From an uncultured Ignavibacteriales bacterium (GTDB lineage Bacteria; Zixibacteria; MSB-5A5; GN15; FEB-12), in contig CAYXJN010000001.1 in assembly GCA_964464605.1 (NCBI GenBank), forward strand, positions 255,068 through 319,067: DNA of 64,000 nt, written 5' to 3'. Below are positions 9,449 through 19,112 of this stretch, piece by piece (position 1 is the stretch's first letter; every line of letters starts with the position of its first letter). A model generated the notes under the pieces. That model saw only the letters and a list, made by a program, of their open reading frames with translations, was not told the DNA's origin and made no database searches. Position numbers and translations under genes: made by a program.

Positions 9449-9474
9449 GTAGGTGCCCCACCTTTTAAGGTGGG
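9449..9474 (+). repeat. GTAG-headed palindrome (REP-like or terminator-like)
   Basis: GTAG gtgc CCCACCTT tt AAGGTGGG. Confidence 0.35.
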
Positions 9475-9497
9475 TTCCAAGATACATTCGGTAAACT

Positions 9498-9776
9498 ATG
9501 AAAGATGAACGTAAACTCTCAGATTTAGTCTCCGTCGGCCCGGCGACACTCGCTGATCTTCGTGAACTCGGTATCACCAAAGTAAGTCAACTACGCGGCA
9601 GAAATGCCGAGAAGCTGTACAGCCAACTCTGCGCCGTTACCGGTATGACGCATGATATCTGCGCGCTCGATGTTCTCCGTGCCGCTATTGAACAGTCGAA
9701 TAACCCCAACCTCCCCTTACAAAAGTGCCATTGGCACTATTGGTCGAAGGTGCGCAAAGGGGAAATTTCCGGGTAA
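9498..9776 (+). CDS. Helix-hairpin-helix protein, Cdd1 / mitomycin-resistance McrB-like family
   Basis: 'LSDLVSVGPATLADLRELGI', 'LYSQLC..TG...DIC.LDV', C-terminal WHYWS. Confidence 0.75.
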   Translation: MKDERKLSDLVSVGPATLADLRELGITKVSQLRGRNAEKLYSQLCAVTGMTHDICALDVLRAAIEQSNNPNLPLQKCHWHYWSKVRKGEISG

Positions 9777-9845
9777 TTTAGCACGCTTGCCAAGCGGGGT
9801 TCAGTTTTCGATATTTCAGCAAAAGGGGAAAGAAAGGATTTTCAT

Positions 9846-11657
9846 ATGACTACTGCTACGACGCCTAAAACAGTACCGACTCGTGCCGATATCGACCCGA
9901 AACATGCCTGGGACCTTACCCATATTTACGCCAACGAAAATGACTGGGAACGGGACTACGCCCGGTGCAAAGCGCTGAGCGAAAAAGCACCGAGCTATAT
10001 CGGCAAACTGAATACCTCAGCTGCGTTATTGTATGAATGCCTTGAAGCGCGCAGTGAAGTCAATCTGCTCACCGGGCGGCTCTATCAATACGCCTATCTC
10101 AACAAAGACTTAGACACCCGCGTTTCTAAATATCAGGAGCTTACCGAACGCGCAGCCATGTTAGCTTCCGAAGCCGGGGCAGCATTCGCTTTTATTGAGC
10201 CGGAATTACTTGAAATGGATGCGGCCAAACTTCAGGTGATGGCTAACCAGTTTCCTGATACCACTCGCTATGATATGTATATCCGCGACCTTATTCGCTC
10301 CAAAGCGCATATTCGTTCTTCCGAAGTGGAAGAGTTGCTCGCGCAGTCGACTATCATCGCGCGTGGCCCGGATGCTGTTTTCTCCATGCTCAACGATGCC
10401 GATTTGAAATATCCGACCATCAAAGATGAAAACGGCAATGAAGTCGCGCTGAGCAAACAGCGGTTCGCCCGGTTTATGGATTCCCCAGACCGACGCGTGC
10501 GCAAAGATGCGTTTGTGGGATTTTATTCCGTATACAAAGAGCATGTCAACACGTTTGCGGCATCGCTGGCGGCATCGATCAATAAAGATATTTTTTATGC
10601 CAAAGCCCGCCGGTTCGATTCCTGCCTTCACAGCGCGCTGCATGGCAATGATATTCCCCTTTCTGTGTATCATTCGCTGATTGAATCGACCGAGAAAAAA
10701 TTAGATTCGTTTCATGATTTCATCAAATTGCGAAAACAGATTCTCAAAATTGACACTATCGAAGCATGGGATATGGCTTGTCCGTTATTTCCGGAGCAAA
10801 ACTATGATGTTCCCTATAACGAAGCCGTAGAGAATATTCGGCATGCGCTTCGCCCGCTTGGCGCGCGCTATTGCACGGCCTTGGAATCAGCGTTCGATCA
10901 CCGCTGGGTTGATGTCTACGAAACGCAAGGCAAAGGCAGCGGCGCATATTCCTATTCCACCTATGGCAAGCATGCCTTTATTCTGATGAATTACAATGAA
11001 ACAGTCGATGACATGTTCACTCTCGCGCATGAACTCGGCCACGCACTCCACAGCCATTTGGCAAATGAAACCCAGCCCTATCCAAAAGCAGGATATTCGA
11101 TTTTTGTCGCCGAAGTTGCCTCTACTCTCAACGAAGGTCTCTTGCAGCATTATCTGTTATCGAAAGTAAAAGATACCCGCCAACGTCTGTTTTTGATCAA
11201 TCGCCAGATCGATAACACGATGGGGACATATTTTTATCAAGTGCTTCTCGCCCACTTTGAGTTATTGATTCATGAAGAAGTTGAAAAGGGTGCTGCCCTT
11301 TCACCCGAACGATTGAGTGATATTTATCATGATCTGTTGAAAAAATATTATGGCCCGCATTACTCGATTGAAGAATTAGGCACCCTCAAATGGAGCCGGA
11401 TCGGCCATTTCTACAATCCGTTTTATGTCTATCAATACGCCACTTCCTACGCGGCATCCCAGGCGATTTTGGATAAGATTTTGAGCGGTGAAACTGGAAT
11501 CGTCGAAAAATACCTGGGTATGTTAGCCGGCGGCGGATGTGACTATCCGATTGAACTCTTGAAACGCTGCGGTATCGACATGACCACTTCTTCCCCGGTG
11601 GACGCTACTTTGAAATTGTTTGCAGAACAAGTTGAGGAAATGGGAAGATTGGCGTAG
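9846..11657 (+). CDS. pepF: Oligoendopeptidase F (M3B)
   Basis: WDLTHIY, GKGSGAYS, TLAHELGHALHS (HExxH), IFVAEVAS, HFY..FYVYQYATS. Confidence 0.95.
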   Translation: MTTATTPKTVPTRADIDPKHAWDLTHIYANENDWERDYARCKALSEKAPSYIGKLNTSAALLYECLEARSEVNLLTGRLYQYAYLNKDLDTRVSKYQELTERAAMLASEAGAAFAFIEPELLEMDAAKLQVMANQFPDTTRYDMYIRDLIRSKAHIRSSEVEELLAQSTIIARGPDAVFSMLNDADLKYPTIKDENGNEVALSKQRFARFMDSPDRRVRKDAFVGFYSVYKEHVNTFAASLAASINKDIFYAKARRFDSCLHSALHGNDIPLSVYHSLIESTEKKLDSFHDFIKLRKQILKIDTIEAWDMACPLFPEQNYDVPYNEAVENIRHALRPLGARYCTALESAFDHRWVDVYETQGKGSGAYSYSTYGKHAFILMNYNETVDDMFTLAHELGHALHSHLANETQPYPKAGYSIFVAEVASTLNEGLLQHYLLSKVKDTRQRLFLINRQIDNTMGTYFYQVLLAHFELLIHEEVEKGAALSPERLSDIYHDLLKKYYGPHYSIEELGTLKWSRIGHFYNPFYVYQYATSYAASQAILDKILSGETGIVEKYLGMLAGGGCDYPIELLKRCGIDMTTSSPVDATLKLFAEQVEEMGRLA

Positions 11658-11734
11658 CAACGGAGTTGCTTTAATTAAGCAGGCCAAAACCTCTAAGGTT
11701 TTGACAGTACGCATGCGTTAACGGGTGGAAATCA

Positions 11735-12310
11735 ATGTCAAAAAAGTTGCGGTTTTTTTTAGTTACAGTTGTAATAAGCACACTAATAAGTTGCCAAGTT
11801 CGTACTTGGAGATCAATCGAAACAGAAAACGGTGGAGTTCCGATTATTCTGTTCGAACGATATAAAGTAAACGTCAGCGGACTTGCATCTACACCACGAA
11901 GAATATTTTTTTCAGTCACTTTTCTTAACAAAGTCTCAGGGCCGCTAAAACTGGACACAATACCGATTTTTGTTATTGATACTGTATGCTTTGCCGGGGA
12001 CTGCCTTGATAACCAACTTTGTTATGACGCGAAAGAGCACTTAGTTGCTAAAAAAAGCCCCAACCCAAGTTTCGTAATAAAAGAAAAGGCTGCGGATGAC
12101 CTTATTAGCGAAAGAGGGGTTCTCGACCCGGAGGATATTAGTATTGCAGGTGTTCCGATTCTCCCCTTAACCTGCAGAGATCATGATGTTTTTCTAACAT
12201 TTACTGCTCGTATTATCGACCGTATAAGTGGCGCAACAATTTCTTCAGAATCAAAGCAAGTTGGCCTGCTAATCAAAGATGAACATTTTACCATACGAGC
12301 GGCCGATTAG
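11735..12310 (+). CDS. Hypothetical lipoprotein
   Basis: MSKK + hydrophobic stretch + LISC lipobox-like Cys; no recognised family. Confidence 0.6.
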   Translation: MSKKLRFFLVTVVISTLISCQVRTWRSIETENGGVPIILFERYKVNVSGLASTPRRIFFSVTFLNKVSGPLKLDTIPIFVIDTVCFAGDCLDNQLCYDAKEHLVAKKSPNPSFVIKEKAADDLISERGVLDPEDISIAGVPILPLTCRDHDVFLTFTARIIDRISGATISSESKQVGLLIKDEHFTIRAAD

Positions 12311-12325
12311 CCGGATACAGTACAA

Positions 12326-12847
12326 ATGAACTCTCAATACAAAAAACAGGGATTTCTTTTCTTTCTTATTCTGGCATCAGCAATACTTACTCAGAGTTGC
12401 TATTATTTTTATACCACGGAATTCGTATACAAACCAAATCAACAAACCTTCAGAAACTGGAGCCTTGAGACATATGTCTCAAAAGTTCATATCGATGGGT
12501 ATGCTCCCGGCGAAGTCGACACAACTTGGGACGTATGGTTTATTGCGTCTGTTAGTGAAGAACCTGCACCCATAACAAAACTCGTAATTGACTCAATGCG
12601 ATATGTTCTTTCGGGAAAAGAGCGAAAGCTTTTGTTGCCTAACATGTATGATTTCGAACATCGCGGTGGAAATCCTCGCGCGGAAGCGTATTTTGGGGAA
12701 ATTCCCATAAAGAATATTCTACCGACGACGATGAACTTAAAACTGTTTATGCATATAGAAGAATACGAAACCGGAAAATTTATAGCTGATAGCAGTGTTT
12801 TCTTCCAAGGTATATACAAGAAACATAGTCCGAAGATACTTAAATAG
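12326..12847 (+). CDS. Hypothetical lipoprotein
   Basis: Basic N-terminus, hydrophobic stretch, TQSC lipobox-like Cys. Confidence 0.6.
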   Translation: MNSQYKKQGFLFFLILASAILTQSCYYFYTTEFVYKPNQQTFRNWSLETYVSKVHIDGYAPGEVDTTWDVWFIASVSEEPAPITKLVIDSMRYVLSGKERKLLLPNMYDFEHRGGNPRAEAYFGEIPIKNILPTTMNLKLFMHIEEYETGKFIADSSVFFQGIYKKHSPKILK

Positions 12848-12849
12848 AG

Positions 12850-13473
12850 TTAAACATTAGTTTGCTCCACCATCCCCGCCACTTTGTGCGATTCCTCATC
12901 GGTACGTTGAGTGAGTAACGCATCCACCACTCGTTTTTGATCTTCTTCGTTGCGGTTTTGGCTCATTTTCCATTTCGCTTCCACCTTCGTAATCTCGATC
13001 TCGAATGCAACCACCCCCTTCGTGTGCTTGCGGAAATATTCCAAATGCTTTGCATCCTCCCACAACGGCAGGGTCGGCGGATCAAACGTCGCGATGGTTT
13101 GTTTAAGCAAGTGCATTACTTCGTCCACGTCATTGATCAAACGTAGTTTGCCATAAATGTGGACAGAGGCATAGTTCCAGGTCGGGATACCATCATTCAC
13201 TTTGTACCATGATGACGAAATAAACGTGTGCGGACCATTAAATATCGTCAGCACTTCGCCGCCATCTTCGATTTGCTGCCACTGCGGATTCATTTTCGCC
13301 ATATGGCTCAGCAGTTTTCCGCCCGGCTCGGCGTTTCCCGGCAACAGAAACGGCAGATGCGTTCCGGCTGGTCTATTATCCTTGCTGTTAATCAGAATCC
13401 CGAACGGGTACGTGCGGACAAGATCACTGATTTTCGCGACATCGACCACTTGGGTGTGGGGAGGGATATACAT
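12850..13473 (-). CDS. paiB: FMN-binding negative transcriptional regulator (PaiB family)
   Basis: MYIP start, THLPF, HMAKMNPQW, F.GPH.FIS.SWY, PTWNY.SVH, KMSQNR. Confidence 0.9.
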   Translation of the reverse strand: MYIPPHTQVVDVAKISDLVRTYPFGILINSKDNRPAGTHLPFLLPGNAEPGGKLLSHMAKMNPQWQQIEDGGEVLTIFNGPHTFISSSWYKVNDGIPTWNYASVHIYGKLRLINDVDEVMHLLKQTIATFDPPTLPLWEDAKHLEYFRKHTKGVVAFEIEITKVEAKWKMSQNRNEEDQKRVVDALLTQRTDEESHKVAGMVEQTNV

Positions 13474-13480
13474 GGAAGAT

Positions 13481-13508
13481 AGTATACGCTCTTTTTCTTG
13501 TAGGTCAA
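13481..13508 (-). promoter_or_regulatory. sigma70-like promoter giving a leaderless paiB transcript
   Basis: TTGACC-N16-TATACT-N7-ATG(13473). Confidence 0.6.
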
Positions 13509-13581
13509 AACTTCGGTATTGGCTCTTCCTTAGGTCGGTGTTTCGAATCCTCAAGAAACCCGACAATTCTCTTCTCTTTCC

Positions 13582-13654
13582 GTGCGTGGTGTACGTCCCC
13601 GTGTACCACGTTCTTTTTTGGTATTCGTGGCGCACCGGGAGGTACGCCACGCAC
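13582..13654. repeat. Inverted doublet of 29-bp palindromes (REP/REPIN-like)
   Basis: 13582-13610 and the reverse complement of 13626-13654 match at 24/29; each folds into an 11-bp hairpin with a TCCC loop. Confidence 0.7.
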
Positions 13655-13741
13655 AAAATCAGGTTCTTGCCTCTAATCAAATAACAACTAATACTATGGT
13701 ATGTATTTTTCCCAAGAATTAAACAGGCATGGCCTGCGCCC

Positions 13742-13960
13742 ATGATAACGAGGTGTATCTGTTTCAGCCAGTCGTTTGAAGATCTCAAGCGGATCGCCAA
13801 AAAACATAACGCTCATACTATTGCCGAACTTCAGGAACACGTCCGCTTTGGGCTGAACTGCCAACTATGCCATCCGTATGTGAAAGCGATGCTCCGCACC
13901 GGGCAGACCGAGTTCACCGAAATTCTGATCGATTCCGACGACGAATCCCCGGACGAATAA
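13742..13960 (+). CDS. BFD-like [2Fe-2S]-binding protein
   Basis: CxC (RCICF) and G..CxxC (GLNCQLC) at BFD spacing. Confidence 0.8.
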   Translation: MITRCICFSQSFEDLKRIAKKHNAHTIAELQEHVRFGLNCQLCHPYVKAMLRTGQTEFTEILIDSDDESPDE

Positions 13961-15160
13961 ATGAAAGAGAATTCGGTAACCCGTTTTCTTGGTCTGAACG
14001 CCGGTACTGCCAGTATGCTGGCGATTATCGTGTTCGTCGGGATGGGGGAGAAAATGGCAGAACGGTTTTTGCCGGTCTATATCATGTCACTCGGCGGCGG
14101 AACGCTCGCTATCGGTATTTTCGGCGGGCTGACCAACTTCGTTGCGGCGCTCTATTCACTCCCCGGTGGATTTCTCGCTGATCGCTTAGGTTATAAACGC
14201 AGCATACTGCTATTCAATTTGATTTCGATTGCCGGATATTTGATTGCGTTGTTCGCACCCTCATGGCCGTTCGTGATTTTGGGAGCGCTCTTTTTTCTCT
14301 CGTGGTCATCTATTTCGCTGCCCGCAACCATGGGCATTATCAGCAAAGCGCTGCCGGAATCAAAACGAACGATGGGTGTCGCGCTCAACTCACTCGTCCG
14401 CCGTTTTCCGCGCGGACTTGGGCCACTATTGGGTGGCGTTTTGATAACTGCCTATGGCGAAACTGATGGAGTACGGTATGCGTTCATGCTTGCCATTCTC
14501 TTAGCCGTCATCGCGATAATTATTCAGCAGCGTTTTTTACCGGAAGATGTCAGCCAGCCGCATTTATTGCTCAATCTATCGTATTTGAAAAATTTGTATT
14601 CGCGTATGACCCCTCAGCTTAAACGGCTTTTGTTATCCGACATTCTTGTCCGTTTCTGTGAACAGATTCCCTATGCATTCGTTGTCGTCTGGTGTCTGAA
14701 AGAAATATCATCACCGATAACAGCCGCAGAGTTCGGCATTTTGACGGCAATCGAAATGGCGGTAGCGGCATTGATTTATATTCCGATTGCGCATCTTGCC
14801 GACAAAACCGAAAAAACGCCGTTTGTAATTGTTACATTCGGCTTCTTTACGCTCTTCCCCATTGTCTTACTCTTTTCCCATTCCTTCTGGCCGCTGGTGG
14901 GTGCGTTTGTTATTCGCGGTCTCAAAGAATTCGGTGAACCGAGCCGCAAAGCGCTGATTTTGGATTTATGCCCATCCGATCAACGCGCGGCGATGTTCGG
15001 ATTGTATTACCTTATTCGTGATTTGGTTGTTTCTATAGCGGCTTTCAGCGGTGCATGGTTTTGGGATATTTCCCCGCAGACCAACCTGATTGTCGCCGCT
15101 GGATTTGGGATATTGAGCACATTCTTGTATCTTATTGCCGAGAAAAAACAGAAGGGTTAA
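13961..15160 (+). CDS. MFS transporter
   Basis: About 12 TM; motif A GGFLADRLGYKR. Confidence 0.9.
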   Translation: MKENSVTRFLGLNAGTASMLAIIVFVGMGEKMAERFLPVYIMSLGGGTLAIGIFGGLTNFVAALYSLPGGFLADRLGYKRSILLFNLISIAGYLIALFAPSWPFVILGALFFLSWSSISLPATMGIISKALPESKRTMGVALNSLVRRFPRGLGPLLGGVLITAYGETDGVRYAFMLAILLAVIAIIIQQRFLPEDVSQPHLLLNLSYLKNLYSRMTPQLKRLLLSDILVRFCEQIPYAFVVVWCLKEISSPITAAEFGILTAIEMAVAALIYIPIAHLADKTEKTPFVIVTFGFFTLFPIVLLFSHSFWPLVGAFVIRGLKEFGEPSRKALILDLCPSDQRAAMFGLYYLIRDLVVSIAAFSGAWFWDISPQTNLIVAAGFGILSTFLYLIAEKKQKG

Positions 15161-15172
15161 TAGGAGATTAAA

Positions 15173-15487
15173 ATGTACATAAAACGTCACTACGCTAGCG
15201 GCGCAGGAGCAGCAGCGGCTGTCGCTGCAATTGCAAATGCGACAAACGCATCAGGCGCGATTGTTAAGCTCGAACCGGCCGAATTTCAAAAAATTCTTAA
15301 CCGCGCGGAATCAGTTGTGGTTGTTCATGCGATGGGCGGCATTTTCAAAAAGAATTACCAGTACCTGCTCAGTTACAAAGGGCTGTTCTTTTTCACTAAA
15401 GCGGAGGCTCCGCTTACATTTGGACACAAGGTCGAATTAGTCACGGCCAACAAAATCTGGATTCCGAACATGGGCTTTGGTTCCTGA
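15173..15487 (+). CDS. Hypothetical protein with Ala-rich N-terminus
   Basis: Good SD (TAGGAG) and compact ORF; 'YQYLLSYKGLFFFTK' core; no function recognised. Confidence 0.7.
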   Translation: MYIKRHYASGAGAAAAVAAIANATNASGAIVKLEPAEFQKILNRAESVVVVHAMGGIFKKNYQYLLSYKGLFFFTKAEAPLTFGHKVELVTANKIWIPNMGFGS

Positions 15488-15557
15488 TTTCTCTGTCTGA
15501 AAGCCCTTTACAGCGAGCACGACTCCCCCTATCTTGCTTGGCTATTCGGAGTTAGCT

Positions 15558-18500
15558 ATGGCATTTAAGACATTAAAAGAGAATTTTTCGCTCCCCAAAG
15601 CTGAGGAAGAAATCCTCGAATTTTGGGATAACGAACGCATCTTCCCCCGGCTCAACGAACTGGCGAAAGATCGCCCCCGCTTTGTCTTTTTTGAAGGTCC
15701 GCCGACTGCAAACGGCCGCCCCGGTATTCACCACGTTATCTCCCGCACCGTAAAAGACCTTATCTGCCGCTACAAAATCATGTGCGGCTATCGGGTCGAC
15801 CGCAAAGGTGGATGGGACACGCATGGCCTTCCGGTCGAAATCGAAGTCGAAAAGCAGCTCAAGCTCGATTCGAAAGCGAAGATCGTCGAATACGGCGTCG
15901 ACAAATTCAACCAGAAATGCCGTGAGTCAGTTTTCAAATATCTTGATGATTGGAACAAAATCACGCGACGAATCGGCTATTGGCTTGATTTGGACGATGC
16001 CTATGTCACGCTGAAAAACGAATATATCGAATCGGTCTGGTGGATTTTAAAAACCTACTACGATCGTGGTTTGTTATACAAAGGTCACAAAACCGTTCCG
16101 TTCTGCCCGCGCTGCGGTACTGGATTATCGAGTCACGAACTCGCGCTTGGCTATCAGACGGTCAAAGACCCATCCATCTATGTAAAAGTAAAAGCGGCCG
16201 ATGCTGATTTCAGCTATTTGGTCTGGACGACTACACCCTGGACACTTCCTTCCAACGCCGCACTCTGTATGAAGCCGGATGCCGACTATGTTATGATCGA
16301 GCATGAAGGGGAAAAATTAGTCTTAGCCGAAGCGCTCGTTGCAAAACTGTTTGAAGGTACGCCTGAAGTAGTAGAGCGAAAAAAGGGGAAAGACTTTGAG
16401 AAACGGAAATACACCCCGCTCTTCGATATCTACAAAGACAAATCAAACGAAGCATTTTATCTTGTCACCGCAGACTTCGTCACGCTCGAAGATGGTACCG
16501 GTATCGTACATATCGCTCCCGGTTTCGGTGCCGATGACTATGAAGTCGGAAAAAAACATGGCCTCCCGGTTTTACAGGCAATTGAACCAAACGGACATTT
16601 CAAATCGATAGCCGGACAGTACAGCGGAATGTTTGTCAAAGATGCCGACCCGGTCATTATTAAAGACCTGAAAATAGCCGGTCGCTTATTCAAAAAAGAA
16701 ACCTACGAACACAATTATCCGTTCTGCTGGCGGTGCGATTCCCCGCTTATCTACATCGCGCGTGAGTCCTGGTATATCCGCACGACCGATTTTCGTGACG
16801 CCCTGCTTCGCAATAACAACGCGATCAACTGGGTGCCGGATGAAATCCGCACCGGCCGTATGGCCAACTGGCTTGAAAACAACGTCGACTGGGCGCTCTC
16901 CCGTGAACGTTTCTGGGGAACACCGCTTCCTATCTGGGTCTGCGACGACGCCAAATGCGGTAAGATGCGCGCGGTTGGTTCAATCGAGCAACTGCGCAAA
17001 GAAGGAATCGACGTTCCGGGTGAAGTTGATTTACACAAGCCGATGATGGATCGCTTCAAGATTCGCTGCGAATGCGGCGGTACGATGACTCGTGTTCCGG
17101 AAGTGGTCGACGTTTGGTTCGATTCCGGCGCGATGCCGTACGCACAGTGGCACTATCCGTTTGAAAACAAGGATGTGTTCGAACATAACTATCCGGCTGA
17201 TTTCATTTCCGAAGCGGTCGACCAAACCCGCGGCTGGTTCTATTCTCTCCTGGCTATTTCGACTATGCTTTTTGATAAAGCCCCGTTCAAGAATGTGATC
17301 GTCATGGAATTCATTCTTGATAAAGAAGGCAAAAAGATGTCGAAGCATAAAGGAAACGTGGTCGACCCGTTCACCACTATCGACAAATACGGTGCCGACC
17401 CGGTGCGCTGGTACTTGGTGACGACATCGAGCCCGTCCACCCCAACTAAATTCGACATGGAAGGACTCGCCGAAACGGTCCGTAAATATTTCGATACGCT
17501 GCGTAATACCTATACGTTCTTTGCCCTGTATGCGAATATCGATCGCGTAGCTGAGCGCGCTGCCGAGCAAAAACAGTCAGTCGAACAATTCTTGCAAAGC
17601 AAAGCCGGTGAAGCTGACATTTTCGATAAATGGATTGTTTCCAAATACAACACACTCGTTAAAGAATGCCGTGAACGGTTGGATGCATACGATATTACCC
17701 GCCCCACCCGCGCGATTCAATATTTCGTTATTGAAGAACTCTCTAACTGGTATGTGCGCAATAACCGTCGCCGCTTTTGGGCGGAAGGGGATGACCCTTC
17801 CAAGATGCGCGCTTATTTGACCCTCTATCAAATGTTAATTGGCGTCAGCAAACTGAGCGCGCCGATTGCTCCCTTTGCATCCGAATTAGTGTGGAGGGAG
17901 TTAAAAGGTGACAACGTCACCCTTTCTGTTCACATGGCATCCTATCCTACCGTTGATGAAAAAGCGATTGATACCGAACTGAACGAAACAATGTCGCTGG
18001 TTGAAAATGTTGTCACCCTCGGCCGTGCTGCCCGCGCTCGTAAAAATCTGAAAGTGCGCCAGCCCCTTTCCCGTTTACAGGTCGGTTTACCCGCCGGTAT
18101 AAAATGGGAACGGGTGAAACCGTACACTGATATTATCGCTGATGAACTGAATATCAAAGAAGTCACTGCCGGTGAGGATCTCGATAAATATGTCAGCCTT
18201 TCCGCCAAACTGAATTTCCGCGTCGCCGGAGCAAAATTAGGCGGTTTGGTCAAAACAACTGCCGCGACCCTAACGAGCCTTTCCAATGCCGAGGTCGCAG
18301 AAATCGAACGAAAGAAGAGTTGGAACAGTACAATCGAAGGCACCCCTGTTTCATTAACGCTCGATGACATCGAAATCGTTCGACACGAAGAACCGGGATA
18401 TGCAGTGGAAGCAGACGGCCCGCTCACTGTTGTTATTGATACTGAACTGACAGCCGAGTTAATTGATGAAGGTTTCGCCCGCGAAATGGTGAACAAAATT

Positions 18501-18716
18501 CAGAATATGCGCAAGACCGCGGGATTTGACGTAACCGATCAGATCCGCGTACAAGTACACACAACCGACCGCGTACAAAAAGCGGCGGCCAAACATGATG
18601 AGTTCATTCGCCATGAAACGCTCGCAACACATTTGGAATTTACCACCAGCGGAAACGGTTTTACGGAGTGGGACTTAAACGGTGAGAAAGCGGCGATCTC
18701 GGTCGTCAAAGTATAA
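15558..18716 (+). CDS. ileS: Isoleucine--tRNA ligase, type 2 (IleRS2)
   Basis: EGPPTANG, GWDTHGLP, WTTTPWTLPSN, GTGIVH, DWALSRERFWGTP, WFDSG, DQTRGWF, KMSKH; type-2 C-terminus EGFAREMVNKIQ. Confidence 0.97.
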   Translation: MAFKTLKENFSLPKAEEEILEFWDNERIFPRLNELAKDRPRFVFFEGPPTANGRPGIHHVISRTVKDLICRYKIMCGYRVDRKGGWDTHGLPVEIEVEKQLKLDSKAKIVEYGVDKFNQKCRESVFKYLDDWNKITRRIGYWLDLDDAYVTLKNEYIESVWWILKTYYDRGLLYKGHKTVPFCPRCGTGLSSHELALGYQTVKDPSIYVKVKAADADFSYLVWTTTPWTLPSNAALCMKPDADYVMIEHEGEKLVLAEALVAKLFEGTPEVVERKKGKDFEKRKYTPLFDIYKDKSNEAFYLVTADFVTLEDGTGIVHIAPGFGADDYEVGKKHGLPVLQAIEPNGHFKSIAGQYSGMFVKDADPVIIKDLKIAGRLFKKETYEHNYPFCWRCDSPLIYIARESWYIRTTDFRDALLRNNNAINWVPDEIRTGRMANWLENNVDWALSRERFWGTPLPIWVCDDAKCGKMRAVGSIEQLRKEGIDVPGEVDLHKPMMDRFKIRCECGGTMTRVPEVVDVWFDSGAMPYAQWHYPFENKDVFEHNYPADFISEAVDQTRGWFYSLLAISTMLFDKAPFKNVIVMEFILDKEGKKMSKHKGNVVDPFTTIDKYGADPVRWYLVTTSSPSTPTKFDMEGLAETVRKYFDTLRNTYTFFALYANIDRVAERAAEQKQSVEQFLQSKAGEADIFDKWIVSKYNTLVKECRERLDAYDITRPTRAIQYFVIEELSNWYVRNNRRRFWAEGDDPSKMRAYLTLYQMLIGVSKLSAPIAPFASELVWRELKGDNVTLSVHMASYPTVDEKAIDTELNETMSLVENVVTLGRAARARKNLKVRQPLSRLQVGLPAGIKWERVKPYTDIIADELNIKEVTAGEDLDKYVSLSAKLNFRVAGAKLGGLVKTTAATLTSLSNAEVAEIERKKSWNSTIEGTPVSLTLDDIEIVRHEEPGYAVEADGPLTVVIDTELTAELIDEGFAREMVNKIQNMRKTAGFDVTDQIRVQVHTTDRVQKAAAKHDEFIRHETLATHLEFTTSGNGFTEWDLNGEKAAISVVKV

Positions 18717-18728
18717 AAGGAGAATGGT

Positions 18729-19112
18729 ATGAAAACACAGGACTTCGAAAAATATCGCCAGCTCCTGTTGGCCAAACGCCGCCAGATGCTCGAAGAGATG
18801 GGTATTATGGATGAAAAGTTCTCCTCGACGGCAAAAGATGCCGCCGGTGACCTTTCCGCCTACTCCTACCATATGGCAGATCAGGGAACGGATGCAATGG
18901 AGCGGGAAATAAACTTCATGCTCGCTTCTAAAACCGGCAGGTTAGTCTATCATCTTGATGAAGCGCTTCGCCGTATCGATGACGGCACCTACGGCAAATG
19001 TTTCGGTTGCGGCAAAATGATCAGCGCCGCCCGTTTGGAAGCGGTTCCGCACGCCCGTTTGTGTATCGAGTGTAAATCCGCCGAAGAAGAAAAGAAAATC
19101 GAGAAGCGCTGA
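18729..19112 (+). CDS. TraR/DksA C4-type zinc finger protein
   Basis: HMADQGTD, ALRRIDDGTYGKC..CG..I...RLEAVP.A.LCIEC. Confidence 0.92.
   Translation: MKTQDFEKYRQLLLAKRRQMLEEMGIMDEKFSSTAKDAAGDLSAYSYHMADQGTDAMEREINFMLASKTGRLVYHLDEALRRIDDGTYGKCFGCGKMISAARLEAVPHARLCIECKSAEEEKKIEKR

Noticed and set aside
13474..13800. 109-aa N-terminal extension of PaiB in the ORF track
   Set aside because: The family starts at MYIP; the extension runs over a promoter, the palindromic doublet and the opposite-strand BFD gene
15488..15557. T-box leader upstream of ileS
   Set aside because: The gap is only 70 nt and has no T-box motif or terminator
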